Origin: Candidatus Latescibacterota bacterium
Lineage (GTDB): Bacteria > Latescibacterota > UBA2968 > GCA-2709665
Length of the DNA: 64,000 nt
Reading direction: 5' to 3'
Assembly: GCA_965203805.1 (NCBI GenBank)
Contig: OZ241917.1
Location: 2,560,001-2,624,000 of the forward strand
The notes beneath the pieces were generated by a model. It made no database searches. It saw only the letters and a program-made list of their open reading frames with translations, and was not told where the DNA came from. Of the stretch, positions 1 through 10,244 are shown one piece after another. The stretch's first letter is position 1. Each line of letters starts with the position of its first letter. Both the position numbers and the translations under genes were made by a program.

Positions 1-640
1 GACCAAACGCCGTGATCGCACTCGTCACCCATGTCCTGCTACGCTATCTCTTGAGAGACGACGAAGCGCTGGCTGACGTTAATGATCACCGATATGCACG
101 ATCGTATGGCCTTTCATATCAAACCTCCCCACATTAAAGATGATTGGTATCATCACCAGTGTAGGGAGACCCCCTCCAAATATCAAGAAAAGCCCCTGGG
201 CTGCTCATCACAGCCCAGGGGCTCTTGGGGGGTGCAAAGCCTTACTTATTCGAACTTTTGTTCCCACTACTGCGATTCAATTGCACAGAGCGATTGTCCC
301 TTGCAGCCTTATGCGCAGGGCTGGTCGGATTTTGCTGATTCGCGTGGTGATTACGGTCGCCCTGGGACCAGTTACTACTGCCTTTGCCACTGCCTTTACT
401 TCGACCCATTTCTGATCACCCCCTTTAATTTGTAGGTCTGTGGTCTTAGATTCGCGAACCAACACTTAGGTTTCATTCTGTCAATACACATAACCGAAAT
501 CAGCCAACGCCCGATCAAGCATCTCCTTTACCGCTTGCCCTTCGCGGTCCGGCCACTGCACTGCTCGGACCGCTCAATACAAGGCCCCTGCCGCGAATCT
601 ATGTCCTATTCACTTGAAAATCCGGGTCTCCGTTAATGAT

Positions 641-738
641 TGTTAATGATCGCCCATATGCGGCCACTTCAGGATCGGCCTAATCAGGCCACCCGGGATG
701 AGATAAGGGTTTCGGACTTCCCGTCGACGTTTCTACCA
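641..738 (+). mobile_element. IS21-family left-end remnant (no transposase follows)
   Basis: TGTTAATGATCGCCCATATGCGGCCAC..GATCGGCCTAATCAGGCCACC with internal direct repeats; near-identical to ends at 21597 and 26726 that lead into an IstA-like start. Confidence 0.75.
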
Positions 739-781
739 GCTTGAATCCCCGCGACAGACCAGGCGCCTTTCCGGCTCTTAT

Positions 782-819
782 TTCTTCCTTCTGCATTCTT
801 CCTTCTTCCTTCAGATTTC
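782..819. repeat. 7-nt tandem repeat (TTCNNNN x5)
   Basis: ttcttcc ttctgca ttcttcc ttcttcc ttcagat ttc. Confidence 0.7.
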
Positions 820-1038
820 GGCCGCGTGTCGCTCGTGCTGCCTGATAGGTGACCCCGATGAACGATTTCATCGGGGTTTTTTCTGTGTCGCATAATACGA
901 CGAATGTGGCGCGAAATGCGTCATTTTCTGTTGGGGCCGCATTGACCAACAATGAAGATTGTCGTATATTGCGTCATTTATAGAATAACATGTATAGGTC
1001 GATCGAATAAGGCGAGTTTAAGAAATAGGACGTTCGCA

Positions 1039-3804
1039 GTGACTGACATTGTCCGCACTCCGGAACAAAAGGCACGCGCAAAGATCGATGCGAAGTTGAA
1101 TCAGGCTGGCTGGCAGGTGCAGTCGAAGAACGAGATCGACTTCAGCGCCGGCCTCGGGATCGCCGTGCGTGAGTATCAGACGGATATCGGACCGGCCGAC
1201 TACGTACTATTCGTTGACAGGGAAGCTGTGGGCGTCGTCGAGGCAAAGTCGGAGGAGTGGGGCCACAAGATTACGACCGTCGAAAATCAGTCTGGCGCTT
1301 ATGCTGCTGCCGAGTTGAAATGGGTGAACAATAAAGAACCCCTGCCGTTCGTCTATGAAACGACGGGTGTGTTGACGCGATTCACCAACGGTCGCGACCC
1401 GAAACCCCGGTCCCGCGAGGTCTTCAACTTCCCCCGGCCAGACACGATACGTGAATGGCGCACGCAGAGCGCTTCGCTCCGTGGCCGGTTGCAACGGCTA
1501 CCGGAACTCGACCCTGTAGGTCTCCGTGAGTGCCAGATCGGCGCTATCGAAAAACTGGAATCATCTTTCAAGGATAATCGCCAACGCGCGCTCGTACAGA
1601 TGGCCACAGGCTCGGGCAAGACCTACACAGCAATCACCTCGATCTACCGGTTGCTCAAATACGCAAACGCCAGGCGGATCCTGTTTCTGGTAGATACACG
1701 CCATCTTGGCGAGCAGGCTGAGCAGGAATTCATGGCCTACGTTCCCAGTGACGATAACCGTAAATTCACCGAACTCTATAACGTACAGCGTCTCAAGTCT
1801 TCCTTCGTCGCTCAGGACAGTCAGGTCTGCATCAGCACCATCCAGCGTATGTATTCGCTGCTGAAGGGCGAGGAGATCGACGAAACCGCGGAAGAAATTA
1901 ACCCGGCGGAGTTGGTGCAGCCAGGTCAACCGATGGAGGTCGTCTACAACGAGAAGATTCCGCCTGAGTTTTTCGACTTCATCATCATTGACGAGTGCCA
2001 CCGGTCCATCTACAACCTCTGGCGCCAGGTCCTCGACTACTTCGACGCCTTCCTCATTGGTCTCACTGCCACGCCTGACAACCGCACCTACGGATTCTTC
2101 AAGAAAAACGTCGTCAGCGAATACACTCATGAACAAGCCGTCGCGGACGGCGTCAACGTCGGTAACGAAGTCTACGTAATCGACACTGAACGGACAAAAC
2201 ACGGCGGCCGGATCAAGGCCAATCAGCATGTCGAAAGACGCGAACGCCTCACGCGGCGCAAGCGCTGGGAGATTCAGGACGAGGATCTTGACTATACCAG
2301 ACAAGAACTGGATCGCACCGTTGTCAATCCCGATCAGATCAGAACGGTCGTCCGTACGTTTCGAGACAGTCGGACGGAGATATTTCCTGGCCGCGAAGAG
2401 GTGCCCAAGACACTGATTTTCGCCAAGACGGATAGCCACGCCGACGACATCATCCAGACGGTGAGGGAGGAATTCGACGAAGGCAATGAGTTCTGCAAGA
2501 AAGTCACATACAAATCCGAAGAGGACCCGAAATCCGTCCTCGCCCAATTCCGAAACGGCTATTATCCACGCATTGCTGTCACCGTGGATATGATTGCGAC
2601 GGGTACCGACGTGCGACCACTCGAATGCCTGCTATTCATGCGTGATGTGAGGAGCCGCAATTACTTTGAGCAGATGAAGGGCCGTGGGACACGTATCCTG
2701 GAACAGGACGATCTCAAAAAGGTCTCACCCTCTGCCGTCAGCGGAAAGACTCACTACGTTGTTGTGGACGCCGTCGGCGTCACGAAATCGCTCAAGACCG
2801 CCAGCCAGCCGCTCATCACGAAGCCGTCAGTTCCACTTAAGGATCTTGCAATGGGCGTGATGATGGGCGCCCACGATGAGGATACGGTGGGCTCACTCGC
2901 CGGCCGCCTCGCAAGGCTGAACCAGCAACTCGATTCAAGTGAACTGGAACGTATCCGTGAAAAAGCAGGCGGTATCGACCTTACCAGGATCGTCGGCGAT
3001 TTGGTGGCAGCCATCGACCCCGACCGGATTGACGCGAAGGCCCGCGAAATCGAAGTTGTGCCTGAGCATGCCGATCCGTCATCCCCCGCCCTCTTCCAGG
3101 CGCGGGAAGAGCTGGTACGCAAAGCGGCCAGGGTGTTCAACGGCGAGTTGATTGAACTGATCGACTCGATCCGCCGCGACAAAGAACAGACCATCGACAA
3201 CGAAGGTCTTGATACCGTGCTCCGCGCGGAATGGGAAGGCGACGCGCACAAAAATGCCGAGGCCGTTGCGAAAGACTTCCGGGAGTATCTCGAAGCCAAT
3301 CGCGATGAAATCGAAGCCCTTGCCATCTTCTACGCCGAACCGTACAGACGAAGAGACCTTACATTTGAGATGATCCGCGAGGTTTTGGAAAAGCTCAAAA
3401 CTGATCGGCCTCGACTCGCCCCTTTTCGTGTTTGGCAGGCATACTCCGTGCTCGATGACTACAAGGGCGGGCAACCGGCTAGTGAACTGACCACGCTCGT
3501 GGCTTTGATCCGCCGAGTCTGCGGCTGTGATAGCAAGCTCTCGACCTATTCGGATACGGTGCACCGCAACTTCCAGAATTGGATTATGACACACCACAGC
3601 GGCAGCGGAGAGAAATTCAACGAAGATCAAATGGACTGGTTGCGCATGATCCGTGACCACATCACCACCTCGTTTCATCTGGACCGCGACGATCTGGACA
3701 TGGCTCCATTCGATAGCAAGGGTGGCTTGGGGCAGATGTACAAGCTCTTCGGCGACCGAATGGATGATGTGATTGATGAGTTAAACGAGGCACTGGCGGC
3801 ATGA
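1039..3804 (+). CDS. hsdR: Type I restriction enzyme R subunit (EcoAI/EcoEI-like)
   Basis: Nuclease motif ADYVL..VEAK, Walker A MATGSGKT, DECHR, GLTATP, QMKGRGTR; GTG at 1039 preferred over ORF-track start 952. Confidence 0.95.
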   Translation: MTDIVRTPEQKARAKIDAKLNQAGWQVQSKNEIDFSAGLGIAVREYQTDIGPADYVLFVDREAVGVVEAKSEEWGHKITTVENQSGAYAAAELKWVNNKEPLPFVYETTGVLTRFTNGRDPKPRSREVFNFPRPDTIREWRTQSASLRGRLQRLPELDPVGLRECQIGAIEKLESSFKDNRQRALVQMATGSGKTYTAITSIYRLLKYANARRILFLVDTRHLGEQAEQEFMAYVPSDDNRKFTELYNVQRLKSSFVAQDSQVCISTIQRMYSLLKGEEIDETAEEINPAELVQPGQPMEVVYNEKIPPEFFDFIIIDECHRSIYNLWRQVLDYFDAFLIGLTATPDNRTYGFFKKNVVSEYTHEQAVADGVNVGNEVYVIDTERTKHGGRIKANQHVERRERLTRRKRWEIQDEDLDYTRQELDRTVVNPDQIRTVVRTFRDSRTEIFPGREEVPKTLIFAKTDSHADDIIQTVREEFDEGNEFCKKVTYKSEEDPKSVLAQFRNGYYPRIAVTVDMIATGTDVRPLECLLFMRDVRSRNYFEQMKGRGTRILEQDDLKKVSPSAVSGKTHYVVVDAVGVTKSLKTASQPLITKPSVPLKDLAMGVMMGAHDEDTVGSLAGRLARLNQQLDSSELERIREKAGGIDLTRIVGDLVAAIDPDRIDAKAREIEVVPEHADPSSPALFQAREELVRKAARVFNGELIELIDSIRRDKEQTIDNEGLDTVLRAEWEGDAHKNAEAVAKDFREYLEANRDEIEALAIFYAEPYRRRDLTFEMIREVLEKLKTDRPRLAPFRVWQAYSVLDDYKGGQPASELTTLVALIRRVCGCDSKLSTYSDTVHRNFQNWIMTHHSGSGEKFNEDQMDWLRMIRDHITTSFHLDRDDLDMAPFDSKGGLGQMYKLFGDRMDDVIDELNEALAA

Positions 3805-5339
3805 CTGCGATCAAGCAACTTCCGATCGGCTGGGCCACTACGACTGTCGGTGAAGTCGCTACTTACCAGAATGGGCGCGCGTTCAAACCATCCGAATGGG
3901 GAACCGCAGGGTTGCCTATTATTCGAATACAAAATCTTAACGATACAAATGCCAACTACAATTTCACGGATGAACAACATGAAGAACGGTTCAAAGTCAA
4001 GAGTGGAGACCTATTGTTTGCCTGGTCCGCATCACTAGGTGCGTATATCTGGCAAGGCCAAGACGCTTGGCTAAACCAACATATCTTCAGAGTTGATCAT
4101 TTGAAGATGATAGACCGGCTGTTTCTTTACTATGCACTGACAAATATAACCGCCGATCTATACGCCAAAGCTCATGGTTCGGGTATGGTTCACGTAACGA
4201 AGGCAAGATTCGAAGAGACAAAGATATCGTTGCCCCCTTTAGTTGAACAACGCCGCATCGTAGCCAAGATCGAGGAATTGCTCTCCGAATTGGATAAGGG
4301 CATCGAGAGCCTGAAGGCGGCGCGGGCGAAGCTCGATGCATACCGCCAGGCCGTTCTCAAGCACGCCTTCGAAGGCAAGCTCACGGCGCAATGGCGCGAA
4401 GAGAACAAAGACAATCTTGAGACGCCTGAGCAATTGATCGCTCGCATCAAGCGGGAGCGAGAAGCCCACTATGAGCAGCAGTTAGCCGAATGGAAAAAGT
4501 CCGTTGATGAATGGGAGGCTATTGGGAAGCCCAGCAAAAAGCCTAGCAAACCAATGATGGCAAAGAAGCTGCCGCCACTGACGAAAGCGGAGCTGACGGC
4601 GTTGCCAGAACTACCGAAGGGATGGAGATGGGTGCAGTACGGAACCCTTACCGAGATTGTGAGGAACGGGATTTCGCGAAAACCAACGGGAGAAAAAGGG
4701 GAGAAAATTTCCCGGATTAGCGCAGTAAGACCAATGAATTTCAATATGGACGATTACCGTTACATAGACAACCATGATGTCGAACTTGACGACTATCTGC
4801 TCCGAAAAGGTGATGTAGTATTTACAAGGTATAATGGATCGCGGCAGTTCGTTGGGGTGTGTGCCGAATACCGCTCCGACGAGAAGCGAGTCTTTCCAGA
4901 CAAACTCATACAAACGAGAGTCTTCTCAGGAACTGTGAGCTCTAGTTTCATCGAAAAGGCCGCACACTCTGGGGCCTCACGAAGATTTATTGAGTCTAGG
5001 ATTAGGACTACAGCGGGACAATCTGGGGTCTCCGGCTCGGACATAAAGTGCCTCCCTATTCCACTCTGTCCGAAAGCAGAGCAACGTGCGGTCGTTAAGC
5101 TTCTTGAATCAAAACTCGCTACTATTGACCGACTCGAAACTCAGATCGAAGAGAACTCTCGCAGAGTCGAAGCCTTGCGCCAAAGCATTCTCAAGAAAGC
5201 CTTTGCAGGCGAACTCGTTCCGCAGGATCCTCACGACGAACCAGCCTCAGTTCTACTTAGTCGAATCAGGACCGAAAGAGAGAAGGTCACACGGAAGAAC
5301 CAATCCACAAAAACAAAGAAAGGAAGGACGCCTACATGA
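3801..5339 (+). CDS. hsdS: Type I RM specificity subunit
   Basis: Two TRDs (LPIGW.., LPKGW..) with conserved PPLVEQRRIVAKIEEL and PLCPKAEQRAVV; ATGA overlap with hsdR. Confidence 0.95.
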   Translation: MTAIKQLPIGWATTTVGEVATYQNGRAFKPSEWGTAGLPIIRIQNLNDTNANYNFTDEQHEERFKVKSGDLLFAWSASLGAYIWQGQDAWLNQHIFRVDHLKMIDRLFLYYALTNITADLYAKAHGSGMVHVTKARFEETKISLPPLVEQRRIVAKIEELLSELDKGIESLKAARAKLDAYRQAVLKHAFEGKLTAQWREENKDNLETPEQLIARIKREREAHYEQQLAEWKKSVDEWEAIGKPSKKPSKPMMAKKLPPLTKAELTALPELPKGWRWVQYGTLTEIVRNGISRKPTGEKGEKISRISAVRPMNFNMDDYRYIDNHDVELDDYLLRKGDVVFTRYNGSRQFVGVCAEYRSDEKRVFPDKLIQTRVFSGTVSSSFIEKAAHSGASRRFIESRIRTTAGQSGVSGSDIKCLPIPLCPKAEQRAVVKLLESKLATIDRLETQIEENSRRVEALRQSILKKAFAGELVPQDPHDEPASVLLSRIRTEREKVTRKNQSTKTKKGRTPT

Positions 5340-6823
5340 ACACCGCTCCCATCGTCTCCAGAGTGTGGAACTTCTGCACCACCCTTCGCGATGACGGGGT
5401 GAGCTATGGGGACTATCTGGAGCAGCTCACCTATTTAATCTTCCTCAAAATGGCCGATGAGTACGGCAACCCCCCCTACAATCGAGATGTCGGCATACCG
5501 GCAGACCTTAACTGGCAGAGCTTGAAGTCAAAAAGGGGCTCGGAACTCGACGGCCATTACGCCGCCCTCCTCCGCGAACTCGGGACGAAGACCGGCATGC
5601 TTGGTCAGATCTTTACCAAGTCCCAAAACAAGATCCAGGACCCTGCAAAGCTATACAGCTTGGTCGACATGGTAGATGACACCGAGTGGGTCACCTTGGA
5701 TGCCGACGTAAAGGGCGACATTTACGAAGGGCTTCTTGAGAAGAATGCGGAGGATACCAAGTCAGGCGCAGGACAGTATTTCACGCCTCGAGCACTCATT
5801 CGTGCAATGGTCGAGTGTGTACGCCCCGAACCGGGCACGCTAATCGCCGACCCGGCCTGCGGTACAGGTGGATTCTTTCTCGCCGTATACGACTTCATCA
5901 CCAACGCGGACAATTTCAACCTGGACAAGGATCAGAAGGCGTTCTTAAAGCACAATGCATTTCACGGAAACGAGATCGTCGCCAATACCCGCCGTCTGTG
6001 CCTGATGAACATGTTCCTCCACAACATTGGGGAGATCGACGGTGGTGTACCCATATCGCCCTATGATTCGCTGGTGGCCGATTCAGGCGACAGGTTTGAC
6101 TATGTGCTGGCAAATCCGCCCTTCGGAAAGAAGAGCTCCATGAGCTTTACGAACGAGGAGGGTGAACAGGCAAGGGACGACCTGACCTATAACCGACAGG
6201 ATTTCTGGGCGACGACCTCGAATAAGCAACTCAATTTCGTGCAGCACATCCGCACAATGCTTAAGACCACTGGCAGAGCCGCGGTCGTGGTTCCGGACAA
6301 CGTCCTGTTCGAAGGCGGAGCCGGCGAGACGGTCCGCAAGAAGCTGCTGGACAACACCGACCTGCACACGATCCTCCGCCTGCCGACGGGCGTGTTCTAC
6401 GCACAAGGCGTCAAGGCCAATGTGATCTTCTTCGACAATCACGAAGCCAGTCCATCACCATGGACGAGGAAGGTGTGGTACTATGACTACCGAACCAATA
6501 TTCACCACACACTGAAAAAGAAGCCGATGCGCTTTGAAGATCTGTCTGAATTCATCGAGTGCTACAATCCGAAAAACCGGCATCAGCGCAAGGCGACCTG
6601 GGACGAAAACGACGCATCGGAAGGCCGTTGGCGAAGCTACAGCTACGAGGAGATATGCGCGCGCGACAAGACCAGCCTCGACATCTTCTGGCTCAAGGAC
6701 AAGAGCCTGACCGACCTGGACAACCTGCCCGAACCCGACGAACTTGCCGAAGAGATCATCGAGAATCTCGAAGCTGGGCTCAACAGCTTTCGCCAGGTTC
6801 TGGCGGAATTGGGGACGCGGTGA
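5336..6823 (+). CDS. hsdM: Type I RM N6-adenine methyltransferase
   Basis: GQYFTPR, DPACGTGGF, NPPF; ATGA overlap with hsdS. Confidence 0.96.
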   Translation: MNTAPIVSRVWNFCTTLRDDGVSYGDYLEQLTYLIFLKMADEYGNPPYNRDVGIPADLNWQSLKSKRGSELDGHYAALLRELGTKTGMLGQIFTKSQNKIQDPAKLYSLVDMVDDTEWVTLDADVKGDIYEGLLEKNAEDTKSGAGQYFTPRALIRAMVECVRPEPGTLIADPACGTGGFFLAVYDFITNADNFNLDKDQKAFLKHNAFHGNEIVANTRRLCLMNMFLHNIGEIDGGVPISPYDSLVADSGDRFDYVLANPPFGKKSSMSFTNEEGEQARDDLTYNRQDFWATTSNKQLNFVQHIRTMLKTTGRAAVVVPDNVLFEGGAGETVRKKLLDNTDLHTILRLPTGVFYAQGVKANVIFFDNHEASPSPWTRKVWYYDYRTNIHHTLKKKPMRFEDLSEFIECYNPKNRHQRKATWDENDASEGRWRSYSYEEICARDKTSLDIFWLKDKSLTDLDNLPEPDELAEEIIENLEAGLNSFRQVLAELGTR

Positions 6824-6899
6824 CAGACGTTTCTGGCTCGATAATTTTTCGCCTACCAAGACGGGATGTTGCCATGAAGACTACCGATAAGCTCTTTGC

Positions 6900-8282
6900 A
6901 TGGGAGTGCTTGTGAATACGGCTGGACATCATGGAATCACAGACATTGATGTGCTTGCGCTGTCTGTGCGTGACAACGAGTCGCGCCGACTGATCGGTGA
7001 AGCGATAACCGCCTATCGCGGGAGCGCTTTGCGGTCTGCAATAGTGTCAACATGGATTGCTGTTGTGTATGATATCATTGCCAAGGCTCGAGAGTTGACC
7101 GCTCAAGGCGAAGCGGCTTCCCGCGTGCTCGTTCATGATTTGGACAATGCGATTAAGGCTGGTGGCAACCGAGAGATGCAGAAGTTTGAATCTGAGTTGT
7201 TAATCAAGGCAGTCAGAGATCTTCAGCTTCTTGCTCCGCATGAATACACGGCCTTCGAGCGGCTACAGCGAGATCGGCATCTTTGTGCACATCCTGCCTT
7301 TGTCGTCAAAGATGAGCTCTATCAGCCGTCACCTGAACTGGTTAGGTCACATATCGTCCACGCCCTAGAATACCTACTGGTGAAGGCTCCGCTGCAGGGG
7401 AAAAGTGCAATTGCCCGATTCGATGCTGATCTACTTGGCTCGTCTTTCCCAACGACAGCGGAGGAAATAGGCAGTTTTATTCGCACGAGGTATTTGGACC
7501 AGGCGAAGGATGTCCTAGTGATCAATCTCCTCAAGGCGATAGTCAGTGCGCCATTTGGTGCTGAAAACGCCAAATATGCAAGTAAGATCCGGACGCTCGC
7601 CCTGACGCTACGCGAGATCGCGAACGCCGAAACGCGGATCTTTGACACGGAGATGCCCAGCATCATAGCTCGGAAATTCGAAAGCATTGAAGAGGACGTC
7701 CTACTCCGCATCTGTCCGTTCATTGCATACGAGCCGCGCATTTGGGACTGGCTTAAAGAATCCGACCGCATCCGTACCAGACGACTTCTTGAGACTGCTG
7801 ATACGGAAACCCTAAAATCCTGCTGTGCGTTCGACGCAATTGTAGCCGATCCCGTGTCGAAAATCCTTTCTGACCGGTTTGATACCTTCGAAAAAGCCGT
7901 ACAGATCAGCATTATCGCAGAGCACCCAAGCAAGGAATTCGTCTGCAAGGGAATTGAACTCTACTCCGATGCCGTAAGTTACCGTCATGCCGAAGAACTC
8001 GGTCGGTCAGTTATTTTGTCCCTCGCTGAGTACTTCGATAGCGCAGATGTTGAAGCGGTGCTGAAGGCCGCCAGCGAAAATGGGCAAATCTGGAATGCGC
8101 ATGGGACGCCCGACATCCTTGAACGACTGTTCGATGAGACCGTTTCTCTTCTTAGCGAAAGCCGACCTCACTGGGAAGATTTCGTTCGCGGTCAGATAGA
8201 CCGCGCCGATGGCGACTTTTCGGACCGCTATAGATATCCTGGATTGCAGAAGAGACTCGACTGGAATGCGGAGAAAACCTGA
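6900..8282 (+). CDS. Hypothetical protein with HEPN-like RxxxxH motif and helical C-terminus
   Basis: 460-aa ORF; EAITAYRGSALRSAIVSTW helix and RHLCAH motif; start uncertain. Confidence 0.6.
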   Translation: MGVLVNTAGHHGITDIDVLALSVRDNESRRLIGEAITAYRGSALRSAIVSTWIAVVYDIIAKARELTAQGEAASRVLVHDLDNAIKAGGNREMQKFESELLIKAVRDLQLLAPHEYTAFERLQRDRHLCAHPAFVVKDELYQPSPELVRSHIVHALEYLLVKAPLQGKSAIARFDADLLGSSFPTTAEEIGSFIRTRYLDQAKDVLVINLLKAIVSAPFGAENAKYASKIRTLALTLREIANAETRIFDTEMPSIIARKFESIEEDVLLRICPFIAYEPRIWDWLKESDRIRTRRLLETADTETLKSCCAFDAIVADPVSKILSDRFDTFEKAVQISIIAEHPSKEFVCKGIELYSDAVSYRHAEELGRSVILSLAEYFDSADVEAVLKAASENGQIWNAHGTPDILERLFDETVSLLSESRPHWEDFVRGQIDRADGDFSDRYRYPGLQKRLDWNAEKT

Positions 8283-8504
8283 GTAACTGATAATCTAACG
8301 TTCCGCGTTAGACGTCGCGTGCTTGTGCTCTCTTAACGCGAACACCAGCACTGTAATTTTCGGCGTGTTGTCTTTGATGGGTTCATTCGATCAAGTTGGC
8401 GTCAAGACTGATGCGAGGGGCTCCGTTGACTGTTCCGCCCCGGTCTGTATTGAATTCATTTATTCGACAAATCAATTTATCCGCAATCTATCGACACGCG
8501 TATC

Positions 8505-8712
8505 CGAAGAACCGTCCAAGGCAGGTTGAACAGTGCGCGCTACAGGTAGCGTGCCGAATCAACTGTTGGGCCGACTCCGACGGTCTTACTTCGAAGTAGG
8601 CATTGTAGCTCTACACCGATGGTCAAACTTACCGAGAGAACTGAAAGGCTCGAGGGTGCCTCCCTCGGGGTTTTTTAATTTGATGGTGAAAACCCTTAAC
8701 GGGTCTTTCAGA
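8505..8712 (+). ncRNA. Candidate structured RNA (unassigned)
   Basis: Rod-like hairpin 8505-8593 and 3-way junction 8641-8711, paired by eye. Confidence 0.3.
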
Positions 8713-8792
8713 TTTAATTCATCAACATTTCGATACGCATTCTTAACACGCGAATTTTGGTATGCACTGTTTTATTGTGGGGCGGTCGAACG

Positions 8793-10109
8793 ATGCTTGA
8801 CGTGATCTCCAAACCCGCAGGGCAAATTGGCGAAAATGACATAGAGGCGCTTATCAGAATGGAAGTCCCTGAGGGCGACCAGATCGAATTCAAAGAAAGT
8901 CTCCGTAGGCGGACCAGTTCCGCGGATCCCTGGATTCTCGGGGAGAATAAAGTTGGTGAAGGAGCCAGGAACGAAATACTTGAGGAAGTCGTAGCGTTTG
9001 CAAATGCCCACGGCGGTGCTCTTCTTGTCGGTATCCGTGAATCCGAGTCCAAACCGCATGTCGCCTCAGAGATTAAGCCACTGCCTCGATGTGTTGAATT
9101 GGCCGAACGCTTCGGGCTCATGTTTCGTGATTGCGTAGAACCCCAAGTTCCCGTCGTTGAGGTGTTTGGAGTGCGGACCAAAGGCGAAAGTGGCGTTGTC
9201 ATTATCCGGGTTGGGCGTTCACGCCTGGCGCCACATCGCGTTGGCACTACCCGCAATTGTACGGTTCGCCGAGCAGATCGATGTGAAAAAATGACTATGC
9301 GGGAGATTCAAGACATGACACTGAATGTATCAAGGGGGATGGAGCGCCTTGATAAACGGCTCGCGGATCGGTCAGAGCGTTTCCGTCAGGAGCTTGGCAG
9401 ATTAGAAACCCCGGATGATTCGTACGCATTGCGATTCACTGCGTTACCGGTTGGAGAGGAAATCAGCTATGAACGCGTTTATGACAGGCAGGGTATAATC
9501 CCGGAATTGCGCGTACCATGGTGTGCAGTGACGCGTATTAGAGGCAACATCCGACAGAATCTGGGAGTTCGGCATCAATTTCCACCGGTGTATTGGCGGC
9601 CTATTCTCCGTGGTGCCAGGGCAGACATCAATTCCAGTCTGAACAGACAATCGTACCTTGGATACCAAGAACTGCATTGCGATGGAACCGTAGAGGCGGG
9701 ATTCGCCGCTTGCAACAAAGAGTCACGTCTTGATCCGAATCTAGCTCTTTCGCTTTTCGCCAATACTGCCAATTGGGCCAACCACGTCAGGAACCAATCA
9801 TCGCCACCTATACTGGAATTCGCTATTGAAGTAGAAATACGTGTTGCTGGGAAATTGCTTACGGTGCGTTTGCCTGACGACGATGTCTTAAATGCAGTGA
9901 TTTTTCCGGCGACGGCTGAAGAAGCTGGCGTGAGATTCGAACGCCTTGCTCCGCGGGTCTCGAACGCAAAATTTCCGGTATATACTCTCAACTCGGAAGT
10001 AACCCCGGTGGATCTTCTGGCGATATTTAGCCAAGACTTTTGGAATTGGTTGGGTAAGTACGTTCCCAGTAATACGGAAGAGTTCGTGATTGGCCAGTGG
10101 CAACTATAG
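8793..10109 (+). CDS. Schlafen/AlbA_2 domain protein with unknown C-terminal domain
   Basis: EGDQIEFKE..VVAFANAHGGALLVGI signature. Confidence 0.85.
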   Translation: MLDVISKPAGQIGENDIEALIRMEVPEGDQIEFKESLRRRTSSADPWILGENKVGEGARNEILEEVVAFANAHGGALLVGIRESESKPHVASEIKPLPRCVELAERFGLMFRDCVEPQVPVVEVFGVRTKGESGVVIIRVGRSRLAPHRVGTTRNCTVRRADRCEKMTMREIQDMTLNVSRGMERLDKRLADRSERFRQELGRLETPDDSYALRFTALPVGEEISYERVYDRQGIIPELRVPWCAVTRIRGNIRQNLGVRHQFPPVYWRPILRGARADINSSLNRQSYLGYQELHCDGTVEAGFAACNKESRLDPNLALSLFANTANWANHVRNQSSPPILEFAIEVEIRVAGKLLTVRLPDDDVLNAVIFPATAEEAGVRFERLAPRVSNAKFPVYTLNSEVTPVDLLAIFSQDFWNWLGKYVPSNTEEFVIGQWQL

Positions 10110-10244
10110 GCACACGTTGCACACCCAAACGCGAATGGCTTGATCAGCCCCCTTAAAGTTCAACTTACGTTCGGCCAAAGTGACCTGCAAATTTGAAAAC
10201 GCGGACAATGAATATGACTTCAATGCCATAGGAGTTCTGAGTCT

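Noticed and set aside
1-480. Short ORFs 82-435, 140-415 and 277-465
   Set aside because: Overlapping, no RBS or recognisable motif; cannot choose a real gene
8514-8572. 59-bp palindrome ending GTTGGGC as a canonical attC
   Set aside because: Left core is GTCCAAG and the L'-R' spacer is too short; kept only as part of the structured spacer
8505-8712. Retron msr-msd or group II intron
   Set aside because: No reverse transcriptase in the window and no domain V motif seen
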